DNA of 64,000 nt from Bdellovibrionota bacterium. GTDB lineage: Bacteria > Bdellovibrionota_C > UBA2361 > JAAYZI01. Position numbers and translations under genes: made by a program. This document shows, piece by piece, positions 55,532 through 64,000 of the stretch. The stretch covers positions 608,001-672,000 of the forward strand of contig JBMNIF010000002.1 of NCBI GenBank assembly GCA_050950765.1, in the 5' to 3' direction. The notes beneath the pieces were generated by a model. That model made no database searches. It had not been told where the DNA came from and saw only the letters and a program-made list of their open reading frames with translations. Position 1 is the stretch's first letter. Every line of letters begins with the position of its first letter.

Positions 55532-56511
55532 TGGCATTTCCAACTACTCGTCTACGTCGTTTACGCCGTTCAGCAGAGCTGCGTGATTTAGTTCGTGAAA
55601 CAAACTTTGATGTTAAAGACTTAATAGCTCCGCTCTTTGTGGTGTGTGGTGAAAATAAAAAAGAAGAGATCTCTTCACTACCTAAGCAGTATCACTTCAG
55701 TGTCGACACCTTGTTGGAGGAGGTCTCCCGCTTAAAAAAATTAGGAGTAACGGCGTGTTTACTCTTCGGCGTGCCGGAGTATAAAGATGAAACAGGGAGT
55801 GCAGCTTGTAAAGATGATGGTGTAGTGCAGTGTGCGGTACGAGCTATTAAAAAGCACCTTCCGCAGATGTTGGTTATCACGGACCTCTGTTTTTGTGAGT
55901 ACACCTCTCACGGGCATTGTGGAATTTTGTGTGGTACAGAGTTGGATAACGATCGAACCCTTGAGATTATCGCTGCGCAGGCGTTATCACACGCTAGAGC
56001 AGGTGCTGATATTATAGCACCCAGTGGGATGATTGATGGTGCGGTGCAGTGCATTAGAAAAGCGCTTGATGGGGCGGGGTTTCAGAGTGTGGCGATTATG
56101 TCTTATGCCGCTAAATTCAGCTCCTCTTTTTATGGCCCCTTTAGAGAGGCCGCACAAAGTGCCCCATCTTTTGGGGATAGAAAAGGGTATCAGATGGATC
56201 CCGCTAATGTCTTGGAAGCTCTTAGGGAGGTTGAGTTAGATATTTTAGAAGGGGCGGATATCGTAATGGTAAAGCCTGCTTTGTCGTATTTAGATGTTTT
56301 GTATCGAGTAAAGGAACGGTTTCAAGTTCCGACAGCAGCGTATCAAGTAAGTGGTGAGTACGCCATGATTAAAGCTGCTGCAGCAAGGGGCTGGATTGAT
56401 GAAATGAAGATCGTACAAGAAACCCTTCTCTCAATTAAACGTGCTGGTGCCGATATGATCATAACCTATTTTGCAGGAGAGGTAGCTGAAGAGTTAGCGG
56501 TATTATCTTAG
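55531..56511 (+). CDS. hemB: Porphobilinogen synthase
   Basis: RLRRLR, DLCFCEYTSHGHCG, YGPFREA, MVKPA and AYQVSGEY; TAATG coupling to icd. Confidence 0.98.
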   Translation: MAFPTTRLRRLRRSAELRDLVRETNFDVKDLIAPLFVVCGENKKEEISSLPKQYHFSVDTLLEEVSRLKKLGVTACLLFGVPEYKDETGSAACKDDGVVQCAVRAIKKHLPQMLVITDLCFCEYTSHGHCGILCGTELDNDRTLEIIAAQALSHARAGADIIAPSGMIDGAVQCIRKALDGAGFQSVAIMSYAAKFSSSFYGPFREAAQSAPSFGDRKGYQMDPANVLEALREVELDILEGADIVMVKPALSYLDVLYRVKERFQVPTAAYQVSGEYAMIKAAAARGWIDEMKIVQETLLSIKRAGADMIITYFAGEVAEELAVLS

Positions 56512-56757
56512 GTTGTAAGATACGGCTAGGAGAAGAAAATCGGTTTAATGTATTGCGAGGGTATGAATAAAAAAATAGAGAGGAAAAAAGGTTATAAGGT
56601 ACAGCTAGGAGAAGAGAATCGGTTTAATGTATTGCGAAGGTAAGGATAAAAAATAGAGAGAAAAAAAAGGTTATAAGGTACAGCTAGGAGAAGAGAATCG
56701 GTTTAGTACATCGTAATGGTATGGATAAAAAAATCGAGGGGGAAAAAAGGTTATAAG
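56510..56757. repeat. Tandem repeat, 79-bp unit, 3 copies, filling the gap between convergent genes
   Basis: GCTAGGAGAAG at 56525, 56604 and 56683. Confidence 0.9.
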
Positions 56758-57473
56758 ATGCGAGCGGGGGTGCCGACCGCTGTTTTTCCAGCGGGAACGT
56801 CTTCTCTAACGAGAGAGTGTGCACCGATAATAGCGCCGTCTCCAATAGTAACGCCGTCTAGGATTGTAGCGCGTGTGCCGATCCAAACGTTTTTACCGAT
56901 AGTGACTCCACCTTTAAGATCCATCTCTTGTGCGATAAGTGGTTTTTCACTATCACCCGTTTTGTGATTACCAGGTCCGATATAGACATAAGCGGCAATT
57001 AGGGTGCTTTCTCCGATCTCTATCTTTGATTGTGTTGCAATGCGACAATTTGTGCCGATATTTACCCCGTTTGAAACGGTAATTTTTGAATTTTTGGCAA
57101 CTATGGCGGAGCTACGTCCGAGGCTAACATAATCACCAAAGGTGATAGCGGCATCTTTTCCACGTGCATCTAGAACTGCATAATCATCAATCATACATTT
57201 AGTACCGAGAGAAATTTTGGAGGTGCCTCTAAGAACTAGACCTCTTCCAAAAGGTGTTCCGTGTCCACACGTTGAAAAAAGTTTGGGGTATGTTAAAGCA
57301 CGTGCAGCAAGCCCCAGAGCACCGCATAAGTTAGAGCATAAAAGTTGTGTCAATTCATAATAGGCAAAGTAAAAAAAAGAGCTATCTCCTACGGCTAACT
57401 CTTTATAGCGCGCCAAGGGGGAGCTTTTATCATCAGTTAAGTATGCTTGTTGCGGTGTGATAGCAGGCTTCAT
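56751..57473 (-). CDS. Hexapeptide-repeat (LbH) acyltransferase
   Basis: VTIGKNVWIG...ILDGVTIGDGAIIGAHSLV..DVP....GTPAR. Confidence 0.9.
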   Translation of the reverse strand: MKPAITPQQAYLTDDKSSPLARYKELAVGDSSFFYFAYYELTQLLCSNLCGALGLAARALTYPKLFSTCGHGTPFGRGLVLRGTSKISLGTKCMIDDYAVLDARGKDAAITFGDYVSLGRSSAIVAKNSKITVSNGVNIGTNCRIATQSKIEIGESTLIAAYVYIGPGNHKTGDSEKPLIAQEMDLKGGVTIGKNVWIGTRATILDGVTIGDGAIIGAHSLVREDVPAGKTAVGTPARIL

Positions 57474-57523
57474 AAAAATATATCTATATAATTGAGAGCT
57501 TCATTACAAGGAATAAAAAAATA

Positions 57524-57554
57524 AAAAGCAGACATCTAAAAGATGTCTGCTTTT
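57524..57554 (-). terminator. Terminator hairpin after the SPFH gene
   Basis: AAAAGCAGACATCT-AAA-AGATGTCTGCTTTT. Confidence 0.75.
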
Positions 57555-57574
57555 CGTTTAAAAACGGTGCGATT

Positions 57575-58504
57575 TTATTGTTTTACGCACTGTTTTTTCT
57601 GTAATAACCCTTTTGCCATCGTAATCATGGAGCCAACATCTGCTACATCAGCTGAAAGGACCATAGTGTTGCTATTTTGAGCAAGTTTACCAAATTCTCC
57701 GATATACTGTTCAGCGATACGTAGGTTCATAGCATCTGTGCCACCATCAAGATTTAGTGATTCTGCTACTCTTGCAATACCCTCCGCTGTGGCGTTGGCA
57801 ACGGCGAGAATAGCAGCGGCTTGTCCTTCTGCTTCGTTAATCTGTTGCATCTTTTTAGCCTCACTTTCTTTAACTATGCGTTGCTTTGCACCTTCAGCAC
57901 GATTTATTTCAGAATCTCTCAACCCTTCTGATTCAAGAATAACAGCTCTTTTTTCACGCTCGGCACGCATCTGTTTTTCCATCGCAGCCAAAACATCAGC
58001 TGGTGGTGTGATATCTTTTATCTCATAACGGAGCACCTTTACCCCCCACGGCATAGCAGCTTTATCAGTTTCTGTAACTACGGCATGATTAACGGCAGCG
58101 CGCTCTTCAAAAGTTCTATCAAGTTCGATCTTGCCGATCTCGCTCCTTAATGTTGTTTGTGCCAATTGAGTTATAGCGTAAGCGTAGTTCGAGATACCGT
58201 AAGAGGCTTTAGCAGCATCAAGGACTTGAAGATAGATCACACCGTCTATTTCAACTTGTACATTGTCACGCGTGATACAGATCTGACGTGGAATATCAAA
58301 GGCGTGCTCTTTAAGAGAGTGCTTATAAGCAACAACGTCAAAGAACGGGAATAGGAAGTGAAAACCAGCATTTAATGTTTTACTGTATTTTCCGAGACGT
58401 TGCACAACGTAAGCTTCCTGTTGCGGAACAACAACAGCTATTTTAATAGCGATAATAACTACAAGAAGCACGAGGACTATGGTTAAGATGGCAGCTATGT
58501 TCAT
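57575..58504 (-). CDS. SPFH/stomatin-like protein (QmcA/paraslipin type)
   Basis: TM segment, VVQRLGKY, ITRDNV, LAQTTLRSEIG and MEKQMRAEREKRA motifs. Confidence 0.95.
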   Translation of the reverse strand: MNIAAILTIVLVLLVVIIAIKIAVVVPQQEAYVVQRLGKYSKTLNAGFHFLFPFFDVVAYKHSLKEHAFDIPRQICITRDNVQVEIDGVIYLQVLDAAKASYGISNYAYAITQLAQTTLRSEIGKIELDRTFEERAAVNHAVVTETDKAAMPWGVKVLRYEIKDITPPADVLAAMEKQMRAEREKRAVILESEGLRDSEINRAEGAKQRIVKESEAKKMQQINEAEGQAAAILAVANATAEGIARVAESLNLDGGTDAMNLRIAEQYIGEFGKLAQNSNTMVLSADVADVGSMITMAKGLLQKKQCVKQ

Positions 58505-58581
58505 AAGACACCTCTTTAATTTTACTTTTCGTTAAACTTTACATCACGACGTTTTTTACAAAAAAACTAATAAAAAAACTA

Positions 58582-59016
58582 TTATCTTACTATTAAGAGG
58601 ATGCCATCCTTAGCGCTAACTGAATGCACACTCCCTTTTTGTAAAACTTCCTTAGATTCATTTTTTACAGACCAAACAGTGCCCCTTGTTTCAGCCTGTC
58701 CAATCTCTCCTACGGGGATATCTTCTGTAATTTTAATGTTGTCACCTATTAAATCTTCCGGCATCTCTTCTGCTGAAGTATGGAGTTTGTTTAAAACTTT
58801 TTTTCGTAAAAAGCACATCAGAACGATTGTGAAAACAGCAAAAGATGCCCACTGCATCCAAGGCTCTAGAGGTGTCATCAATAAATCAAAGAAGCTAACG
58901 AGTGTTCCAACAAGAAGCGCTGCCAGACCGAGAAAGAAAAGGTAAAAATCCGTTGCGATTAATGCCTCAGCGATTAGTAATACAAGACCAACAAATATCC
59001 ACATCCACCAGAGCAT
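58582..59016 (-). CDS. NfeD family protein (YbbJ-like)
   Basis: N-terminal TM helices plus a C-terminal OB fold (RGTVWS); adjacent to the SPFH gene. Confidence 0.9.
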   Translation of the reverse strand: MLWWMWIFVGLVLLIAEALIATDFYLFFLGLAALLVGTLVSFFDLLMTPLEPWMQWASFAVFTIVLMCFLRKKVLNKLHTSAEEMPEDLIGDNIKITEDIPVGEIGQAETRGTVWSVKNESKEVLQKGSVHSVSAKDGILLIVR

Positions 59017-59169
59017 AGCTATTCCTTTGTATCTTTAAATAATGTTTTTCTAAATACTAAGAACCTCCCTATCTGATCACTAAGATCAATATCCTAGCAG
59101 ATGCTTAAAAAAGCTCCAAGTGAAAATAAGAGCACTTCAAGCGTTAAAAAGTATTTTTAAGTAGCGGCG

Positions 59170-60156
59170 TTATTTTGTAAAATTGGTGCCAAAGGGGTGT
59201 GAAGAGTCTTTTAAAAGGAGGTCAAGTAAGAGGTTGTGCCGCACCCTGCCATCAATAACGGAAACTGCGCCAATGCCGTATTCTAAGGCATCTAAAACCC
59301 CTTCAAGTTTCGGTAAGATCTGTTCGCTCAGCTCTCCGCTCTTTAACATACTGGAAACTTGTGCGGGGGTGAGGTTTGAGCAGAGCTTACAGGAAGCGTC
59401 TAAGATCCCTTCTGCTTCCGTCAGGTATATCAATCTCTCCGCATTGATTTTTGCACCTAAGGTAGCTGCGGCATCATCAGCGTTACAGTTGTAAATTTTA
59501 TGATCACCTCCTAATGAAGAGCTTCCAACAACGGGAATCCCCCCTGCATTTAATACTTCAATAATCGCTTCAATCTTAGCATCCGTTACCTTTCCTACAT
59601 ATTGCAGGTCTGCCTTAGATCCATCAGGTAAAAAAACTTCTCGGGCTTTGCACCTAAAGACATCACTTCCCCTAAAGGATTGCGCTATTACAGTAGTGTT
59701 AATGTTTTTAGCGAGTGTTGTGATAGCGTTAGCAATTTCGTTACTCACTTCCAGTAAAACTTGATCAACAAGTTTGGCAGTGTGCTCATCTGTTACCCTA
59801 TAACCTGCAATCTTTACAGGGTTTGAAACTCCTGTCTTGCGGTTTATGGCCTTACCGCCTCCGTTAACTATAACGGGAAAAAGCCCTGCCATCTTTAAAA
59901 GTAGCACATCGATAGCTAAAGATCGTACGGCGAGAGGGGTGTCTGTTAAGCTACCCCCCATCTTTATCACAATACGTTGTCCTGCATACTTTTGAAGCTT
60001 ACACATAATAAGCATAAAATTATCTATCGCCAGTTGCGCAGAGTGGAGTTGTGGAGAGTTGGCATCTCCTAACTCATTTATTCCCTTAAATATCTCGGAA
60101 AAAATAAGCTCCATCTCGTGTTGCTTCAAAAATAAATGGCACTGAAAATCTGTCAT
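59170..60156 (-). CDS. argB: Acetylglutamate kinase-like protein with N-terminal extension
   Basis: IVIKMGGS, VNGGGK.I, GYRVTD, NCNAD, LIYLT and PKL motifs; ATG at 60156 with an AGAGGAG RBS. Confidence 0.85.
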   Translation of the reverse strand: MTDFQCHLFLKQHEMELIFSEIFKGINELGDANSPQLHSAQLAIDNFMLIMCKLQKYAGQRIVIKMGGSLTDTPLAVRSLAIDVLLLKMAGLFPVIVNGGGKAINRKTGVSNPVKIAGYRVTDEHTAKLVDQVLLEVSNEIANAITTLAKNINTTVIAQSFRGSDVFRCKAREVFLPDGSKADLQYVGKVTDAKIEAIIEVLNAGGIPVVGSSSLGGDHKIYNCNADDAAATLGAKINAERLIYLTEAEGILDASCKLCSNLTPAQVSSMLKSGELSEQILPKLEGVLDALEYGIGAVSVIDGRVRHNLLLDLLLKDSSHPFGTNFTK

Positions 60157-60272
60157 CTTCAAGCTCCTCTTTTTTATACTTTTCAAAATAGTATCATCTC
60201 GGTAAGTTAGTGTGCAGTGCGCAATAAACGCTTTTTACATTATAAAAATAAACAGATTATTGGAACAAACCT

Positions 60273-60974
60273 ATGAATACAAGATTTCTTTTACCTCTTC
60301 TTCTCTTATTATCTTTAAGTGCCTGCTCTACCACATTACCCGATTATTCGGTATCTTTTCGTAATGCCGAAACAATACGAAGTTCCGGCGATCACCTTGT
60401 TCCTATAAAGCTTCAACCGTTCGCCGATACAACAACGTGGGCTGAAAAGGTGAAGTGCTCCGAGAACTTTATTATAAAACTTCCGACAGAGACGTTAGGC
60501 GATTACCTCTATGATGCTATAAAGCAAGAGCTTGTTTTAGCTAAGTTGTATGATGAAACATCAGATCGCACCTTAAGCGCTACTATCGTTAGAGCTGATT
60601 TTGAAACGGATGTTCCGATACGTTTTCCCCTCTCTACAATAAACGGCGGCTGGTGGAACTTTAGTGCGATCTTTACTACGACACAGGGGAGGAGTTTTCA
60701 AGTTTCCGATCGAGATGCCTTTAGAGTGCGTGGAAAGGCTGATATCTCAACGCAAGATGATCTATGCCAAGCGGCATTAGACGCATTTGTGCCCGCACTG
60801 CAGAAGTTCCTTAATGCCGTTTATAACGATCCGGAGTTTCTGTTGTTAATCGGTGCGCCCGTTAAGATTGTGGAGAGTAAGCCGAAAGAGGTAGTCCCCA
60901 CTAAAAAACCTTCTTCCATAAAAGGGAAAAAAACAGATACGGAGAAGATGTTGGATGAGATCTTAAATCGCTAA
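60273..60974 (+). CDS. Putative lipoprotein
   Basis: Signal peptide with LSAC lipobox. Confidence 0.8.
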   Translation: MNTRFLLPLLLLLSLSACSTTLPDYSVSFRNAETIRSSGDHLVPIKLQPFADTTTWAEKVKCSENFIIKLPTETLGDYLYDAIKQELVLAKLYDETSDRTLSATIVRADFETDVPIRFPLSTINGGWWNFSAIFTTTQGRSFQVSDRDAFRVRGKADISTQDDLCQAALDAFVPALQKFLNAVYNDPEFLLLIGAPVKIVESKPKEVVPTKKPSSIKGKKTDTEKMLDEILNR

Positions 60975-61010
60975 GTTTAATCTAAACCTCTTTTAAAAAA
61001 GTTGCTTCGG

Positions 61011-61045
61011 AAAAAAGGCGTTCCGGCAGGGGGAGCGCCTTTTTT
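61011..61045 (+). terminator. Terminator hairpin
   Basis: AAAAAAGGCGTTCC ... GGAGCGCCTTTTTT. Confidence 0.75.
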
Positions 61046-61293
61046 AAGATTAATCACCCTCCTTCGTTCTTAATGCTTTACTTTTTTTGGGGAAAAGTGA
61101 TCTCTTTACGCCCTGCTAAGGTGTTGATAACAAAGGGAAAACCTTAATTAGCTGCAACATATTCCAACTAAATACAAAAAAATCCCCTCCTGAGGCAACG
61201 AGGGCTCTTAGCCGTCCGATAATGAGGGTATCTTTTCGCCTTTCTATGGTGAGATTCATTTAAAGGGAGAAGATATCAACTTTAATTTATTTT

Positions 61294-61563
61294 ATGGAGA
61301 TTAAAACTATGTTGGAAGTTCTAAATAATTCCAGTAGAGGCAACTTCTCTGCACTTGCAGAGTGTGCCAAAGATGCTGCAAATAAATTATCTAGTGCAGA
61401 AGCTAATTATATCAACGCTGTAAAAAGCGGAAATCAAGGAGAGATTGCGAAAGCTGATGGTGCTTATAAAGAGCGACAACTTGCTTTTGAGTCTATTTCT
61501 CAGATGATAAAAAATAAATTTGAAACGATGATGCGTCTTATACGCAATTTAGCTCTGAATTAG
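61294..61563 (+). CDS. Small helical protein resembling T3SS needle (SctF) subunits
   Basis: 89 aa with its own downstream terminator; C-terminus SISQMIKNKFETMMRLIRNL. Confidence 0.5.
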   Translation: MEIKTMLEVLNNSSRGNFSALAECAKDAANKLSSAEANYINAVKSGNQGEIAKADGAYKERQLAFESISQMIKNKFETMMRLIRNLALN

Positions 61564-61602
61564 GGTCTGTTAGGGTTTTATATTTTTTTTCGTCTATTAC
61601 GC

Positions 61603-61654
61603 AGTTTATGCTTTCTCTGAATCTTTTATAGATCAGAAAAGCATAAACTTTTTT
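61603..61654 (+). terminator. Terminator hairpin after the 89-aa gene
   Basis: AGTTTATGCTTT..CTGA ... TCAGAAAAGCATAAACT followed by a T-tract. Confidence 0.75.
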
Positions 61655-61659
61655 CCTCA

Positions 61660-61820
61660 CCGTATCTTTTTTACATAGAAGTTATAGGCTTCCTCTTTCT
61701 AGTTATAGACCTCCTACATATATAACCCTCTTTTTTCTCACTTATATCTTTTTACATAGAAGTTATGGGCTTTCTTTTTTGAATTATAGACCTTTACATA
61801 TATAACTCTCTTTTTTCTCC
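61660..61820. repeat. Tandem repeat, 82-bp unit, 2 copies
   Basis: TATCTTTTTTACATAGAAGTTAT at 61663 and 61745. Confidence 0.85.
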
Positions 61821-61918
61821 TTTCTACTCTTGCTCAAATTCAAAATTTCATTTAGCTCTATCTTATTGTATGTGCTATAAATTCTGTTCTCAGACCTCTT
61901 ATAGCAAAAGGAGAACTT

Positions 61919-62686
61919 ATGGAGATTATTATCAAACCTAAACCTGAAGAGGTTTGTAAATATGTGGCTCAAATTATATCTGAAACTATTAGAAAAAAGC
62001 CTGATGCTGTTTTAGCGTTAGCAGCAGGTTCAACCTTACTCGGTACATATAGGGAGTTGATAAGGCTCCATAGAGAGGATGGTTTGGATTTTTCCAAAGT
62101 TACTATCTTTGGAGTTGATGAGTATGTCGGTTTACCGAAAGAGCATCCGTGTAGTTATCACGCCATTATGCGCACCAGTTTTTATGACCATGTTAATTTA
62201 CGACCGAAAAATATTCACATCCCTGATGGAATGATAGAAAATATTGAGCAGCAATCAAAAGAGTACGAAGAAAAGATTAAAGAGTGCGGCGGTCTCGATA
62301 TCTGCGCTTTAGGTGTTAGTGAGGATGGACATATCGGCTTTAATGAGCCCTCCTCATCACTTGCTTCTAGAACTAGAATAAAGATGTTAACTGAAAAAAC
62401 GCGGTATGAACGTTCTAGATATTTTCCGGATGGTGATGTTCCGCGACACGTTATTACTATGGGAGTGGGAACTATTCTTGATAGTAAGCAAGTTATTATT
62501 GCAGCTTTTGGTACTCAAAAAGCTGCGGTTATCTCTAAGGTTGTAGAGGGACCGATCACTGCTATGGTTCCGGCGACGGCTCTGCAAAATCATCAATTCG
62601 TAAAAGTTGTTATTGATGAAGATGCTGCTAGATTATTACATATGAAAGATTATTATCGCTGGGCTTTTGAACAGAAGATAGAATAG
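61919..62686 (+). CDS. nagB: Glucosamine-6-phosphate deaminase
   Basis: DEYVGL, DGHIGFNEP.SSL.SRTR, ITMGVGTI and EGPITAMVPATALQ motifs. Confidence 0.96.
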   Translation: MEIIIKPKPEEVCKYVAQIISETIRKKPDAVLALAAGSTLLGTYRELIRLHREDGLDFSKVTIFGVDEYVGLPKEHPCSYHAIMRTSFYDHVNLRPKNIHIPDGMIENIEQQSKEYEEKIKECGGLDICALGVSEDGHIGFNEPSSSLASRTRIKMLTEKTRYERSRYFPDGDVPRHVITMGVGTILDSKQVIIAAFGTQKAAVISKVVEGPITAMVPATALQNHQFVKVVIDEDAARLLHMKDYYRWAFEQKIE

Positions 62687-62746
62687 AAGCGACTCTATCT
62701 TTATAAATTTTGACCTGTTTTTTTTAGAATTTTATTAGAGCTGCTT

Positions 62747-63196
62747 ATGAGCTTTATTCCTGATGATCTCTATCAGAAGATCCTTGAAAATGTGCCTATC
62801 GCCTGTGTTGATATCGCCATTGTAGCGAATGGTGCGGTGCTATTGGTGCAACGTAAAGATGCTCCGGCACGTGGTGAGTGGTGGGTCCCAGGGGGACGAG
62901 TCTTAAAAGGGGAGATGTTGCGAGAAACTGCTTTAAGAAAAGCAAAAGAAGAGGTCGGCATTCAGTGTCATATCGGTCCGATTGTACATACTGCAGAAAC
63001 CATCTTTCCTGATGGTCCCTACGGTGTTGCTGTACACAGTGTTAATACCTGCTTTTTATTATACCCACACGCTAACGAAACTTTACCCGCTTTAGATGAT
63101 CACCACAGTGATTTTAAATGGGTTAGTACCGTTCCTTCCGATCTGCATGAATATGTAAAAAAGTGTTTAGTAGGTGCAGGCTTGCAGGATACTTAA
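62747..63196 (+). CDS. NUDIX hydrolase (GDP-mannose mannosyl hydrolase-like)
   Basis: PIACVDI, PARGEWWVPGGRVLKGE...ALRKAKEEVG and HHSDFKW. Confidence 0.85.
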   Translation: MSFIPDDLYQKILENVPIACVDIAIVANGAVLLVQRKDAPARGEWWVPGGRVLKGEMLRETALRKAKEEVGIQCHIGPIVHTAETIFPDGPYGVAVHSVNTCFLLYPHANETLPALDDHHSDFKWVSTVPSDLHEYVKKCLVGAGLQDT

Positions 63197-63247
63197 GAAG
63201 TACCGATTTTAAACATCTTTTTCTAAAGGCTCTCTTTTTAATATTTT

Positions 63248-63416
63248 TCTAAGAGTTCGGAGATTTTTTTTGTAAAGGGAGATCTGCTTTTATTTGGAGA
63301 GGAAAAAGAGTAATAACAGAACATCTGTGTTTAAGAGAGTTCGGAGGTTTTTGTAAAAGGACAGATGTTTTTATTCTAAGAGGAAAAAAATTAGCGGCAG
63401 AGCATCTGTGTTTGAG
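63248..63416. repeat. Degenerate tandem repeat, ~81-84 bp, 2 copies, overlapping the rsmE 3' end
   Basis: AGAGTTCGGAG at 63252/63336; CATCTGTGTTT at 63322/63403. Confidence 0.75.
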
Positions 63417-64000
63417 CGATGGCGGAGACACAGGCTGTATCAACTCTTAAAATACGATCTCCTAGTGAGATAACGGAGAAGCCGAGCTCTTGAAATTTAT
63501 GCACTTCGTGGAGATTCCAACCTGCTTCTGGACCTAATGCGATAAAAACACTTCTTTTTGTTGAAATTTTTGGTAAGTCCGAAAGTTTTTGTGGATTTTT
63601 AAAGTGGGTGTCCGCTATTAGAGTAAGTGGGGGTGTATTGTCTCTCTCTTTAAAAAGCTCCAAACGTTTCGGTAAGAGATCTTCAATAAAAGGTTGAAAA
63701 CGGTGATGGATAAAAACTTCAGGTGTTACCGATGTGCCGGATTGCTCCATCCCTAAGAGCAGGTCTTCTTTTAAACTTTCCGGATCTAAACGTTTTGAAG
63801 AGAGGTAGCTTTTTATAACGTTTTCGGTGCGGATCAGGTGTAACGCTCTAATGCCGAACGTGGCGGTAAGTTGCAGCACTTTTCTTACTGTTTGCGGACG
63901 TGGCACAGCTACGATCAATTCAAAAGGCACCACAGGCAGTTGCGGTGCAAAGTCGCGTAAGGTTAGTAAGATCTGGTCTGGTGTAATACTTGTAACAGTC
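63391..64000 (-). CDS. rsmE: 16S rRNA m3U1498 methyltransferase RsmE-like (5' end outside the window)
   Basis: GMEQS, ALGPEAGW and SLGDRILRVDTA; frame is open to the window edge. Confidence 0.88.
   Translation of the reverse strand, partial: TVTSITPDQILLTLRDFAPQLPVVPFELIVAVPRPQTVRKVLQLTATFGIRALHLIRTENVIKSYLSSKRLDPESLKEDLLLGMEQSGTSVTPEVFIHHRFQPFIEDLLPKRLELFKERDNTPPLTLIADTHFKNPQKLSDLPKISTKRSVFIALGPEAGWNLHEVHKFQELGFSVISLGDRILRVDTACVSAIAQTQMLCR

Noticed and set aside
56751..57473. LbH acyltransferase as the missing C-terminal half of GlmU
   Set aside because: It looks like a generic sugar O-acyltransferase, is not adjacent to the GlmU-like gene and shows no GlmU-specific motifs I can recognise

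Overview
AT-rich bacterial chromosome segment (roughly 40% GC by eye) close to the replication origin. It carries the 3' end of dnaN, recF, a split F1Fo atp operon (F' F H A G D C, no atpB/atpE) behind parA-parB-bactofilin, five perfect parS sites, a frameshifting prfB, gyrB, secA, proS, mnmG, a leuA-leuC-leuD operon with a leader-peptide attenuator, pilus-related genes and other housekeeping genes. The gene order resembles deltaproteobacterial lineages (Myxococcota/Bdellovibrionota-like; this is an inference). The best candidate for an undescribed system is at 17.3-20.9 kb. Three cassette-like units each place a small (120-139 aa), very divergent paralogous ORF between a near-identical structured 5' element (three-way junction plus U-tract) and a near-identical structured 3' element (multi-branch fold plus a 12-bp palindrome). 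The ORFs differ mostly by non-synonymous changes, while several flank substitutions preserve RNA pairing. Other notable items are a hierarchical 44-bp repeat array upstream of prfB, many locus-specific intergenic tandem repeats with periods near 42-44, 63 and 80 bp, an orphan protein resembling a T3SS needle subunit, an uncalled very basic 44-aa ORF, and a GlmU with only its N-terminal domain. No tRNA, rRNA, cas, integrase, transposase or reverse transcriptase gene was recognised. All product calls come from motif recognition, not database searches.
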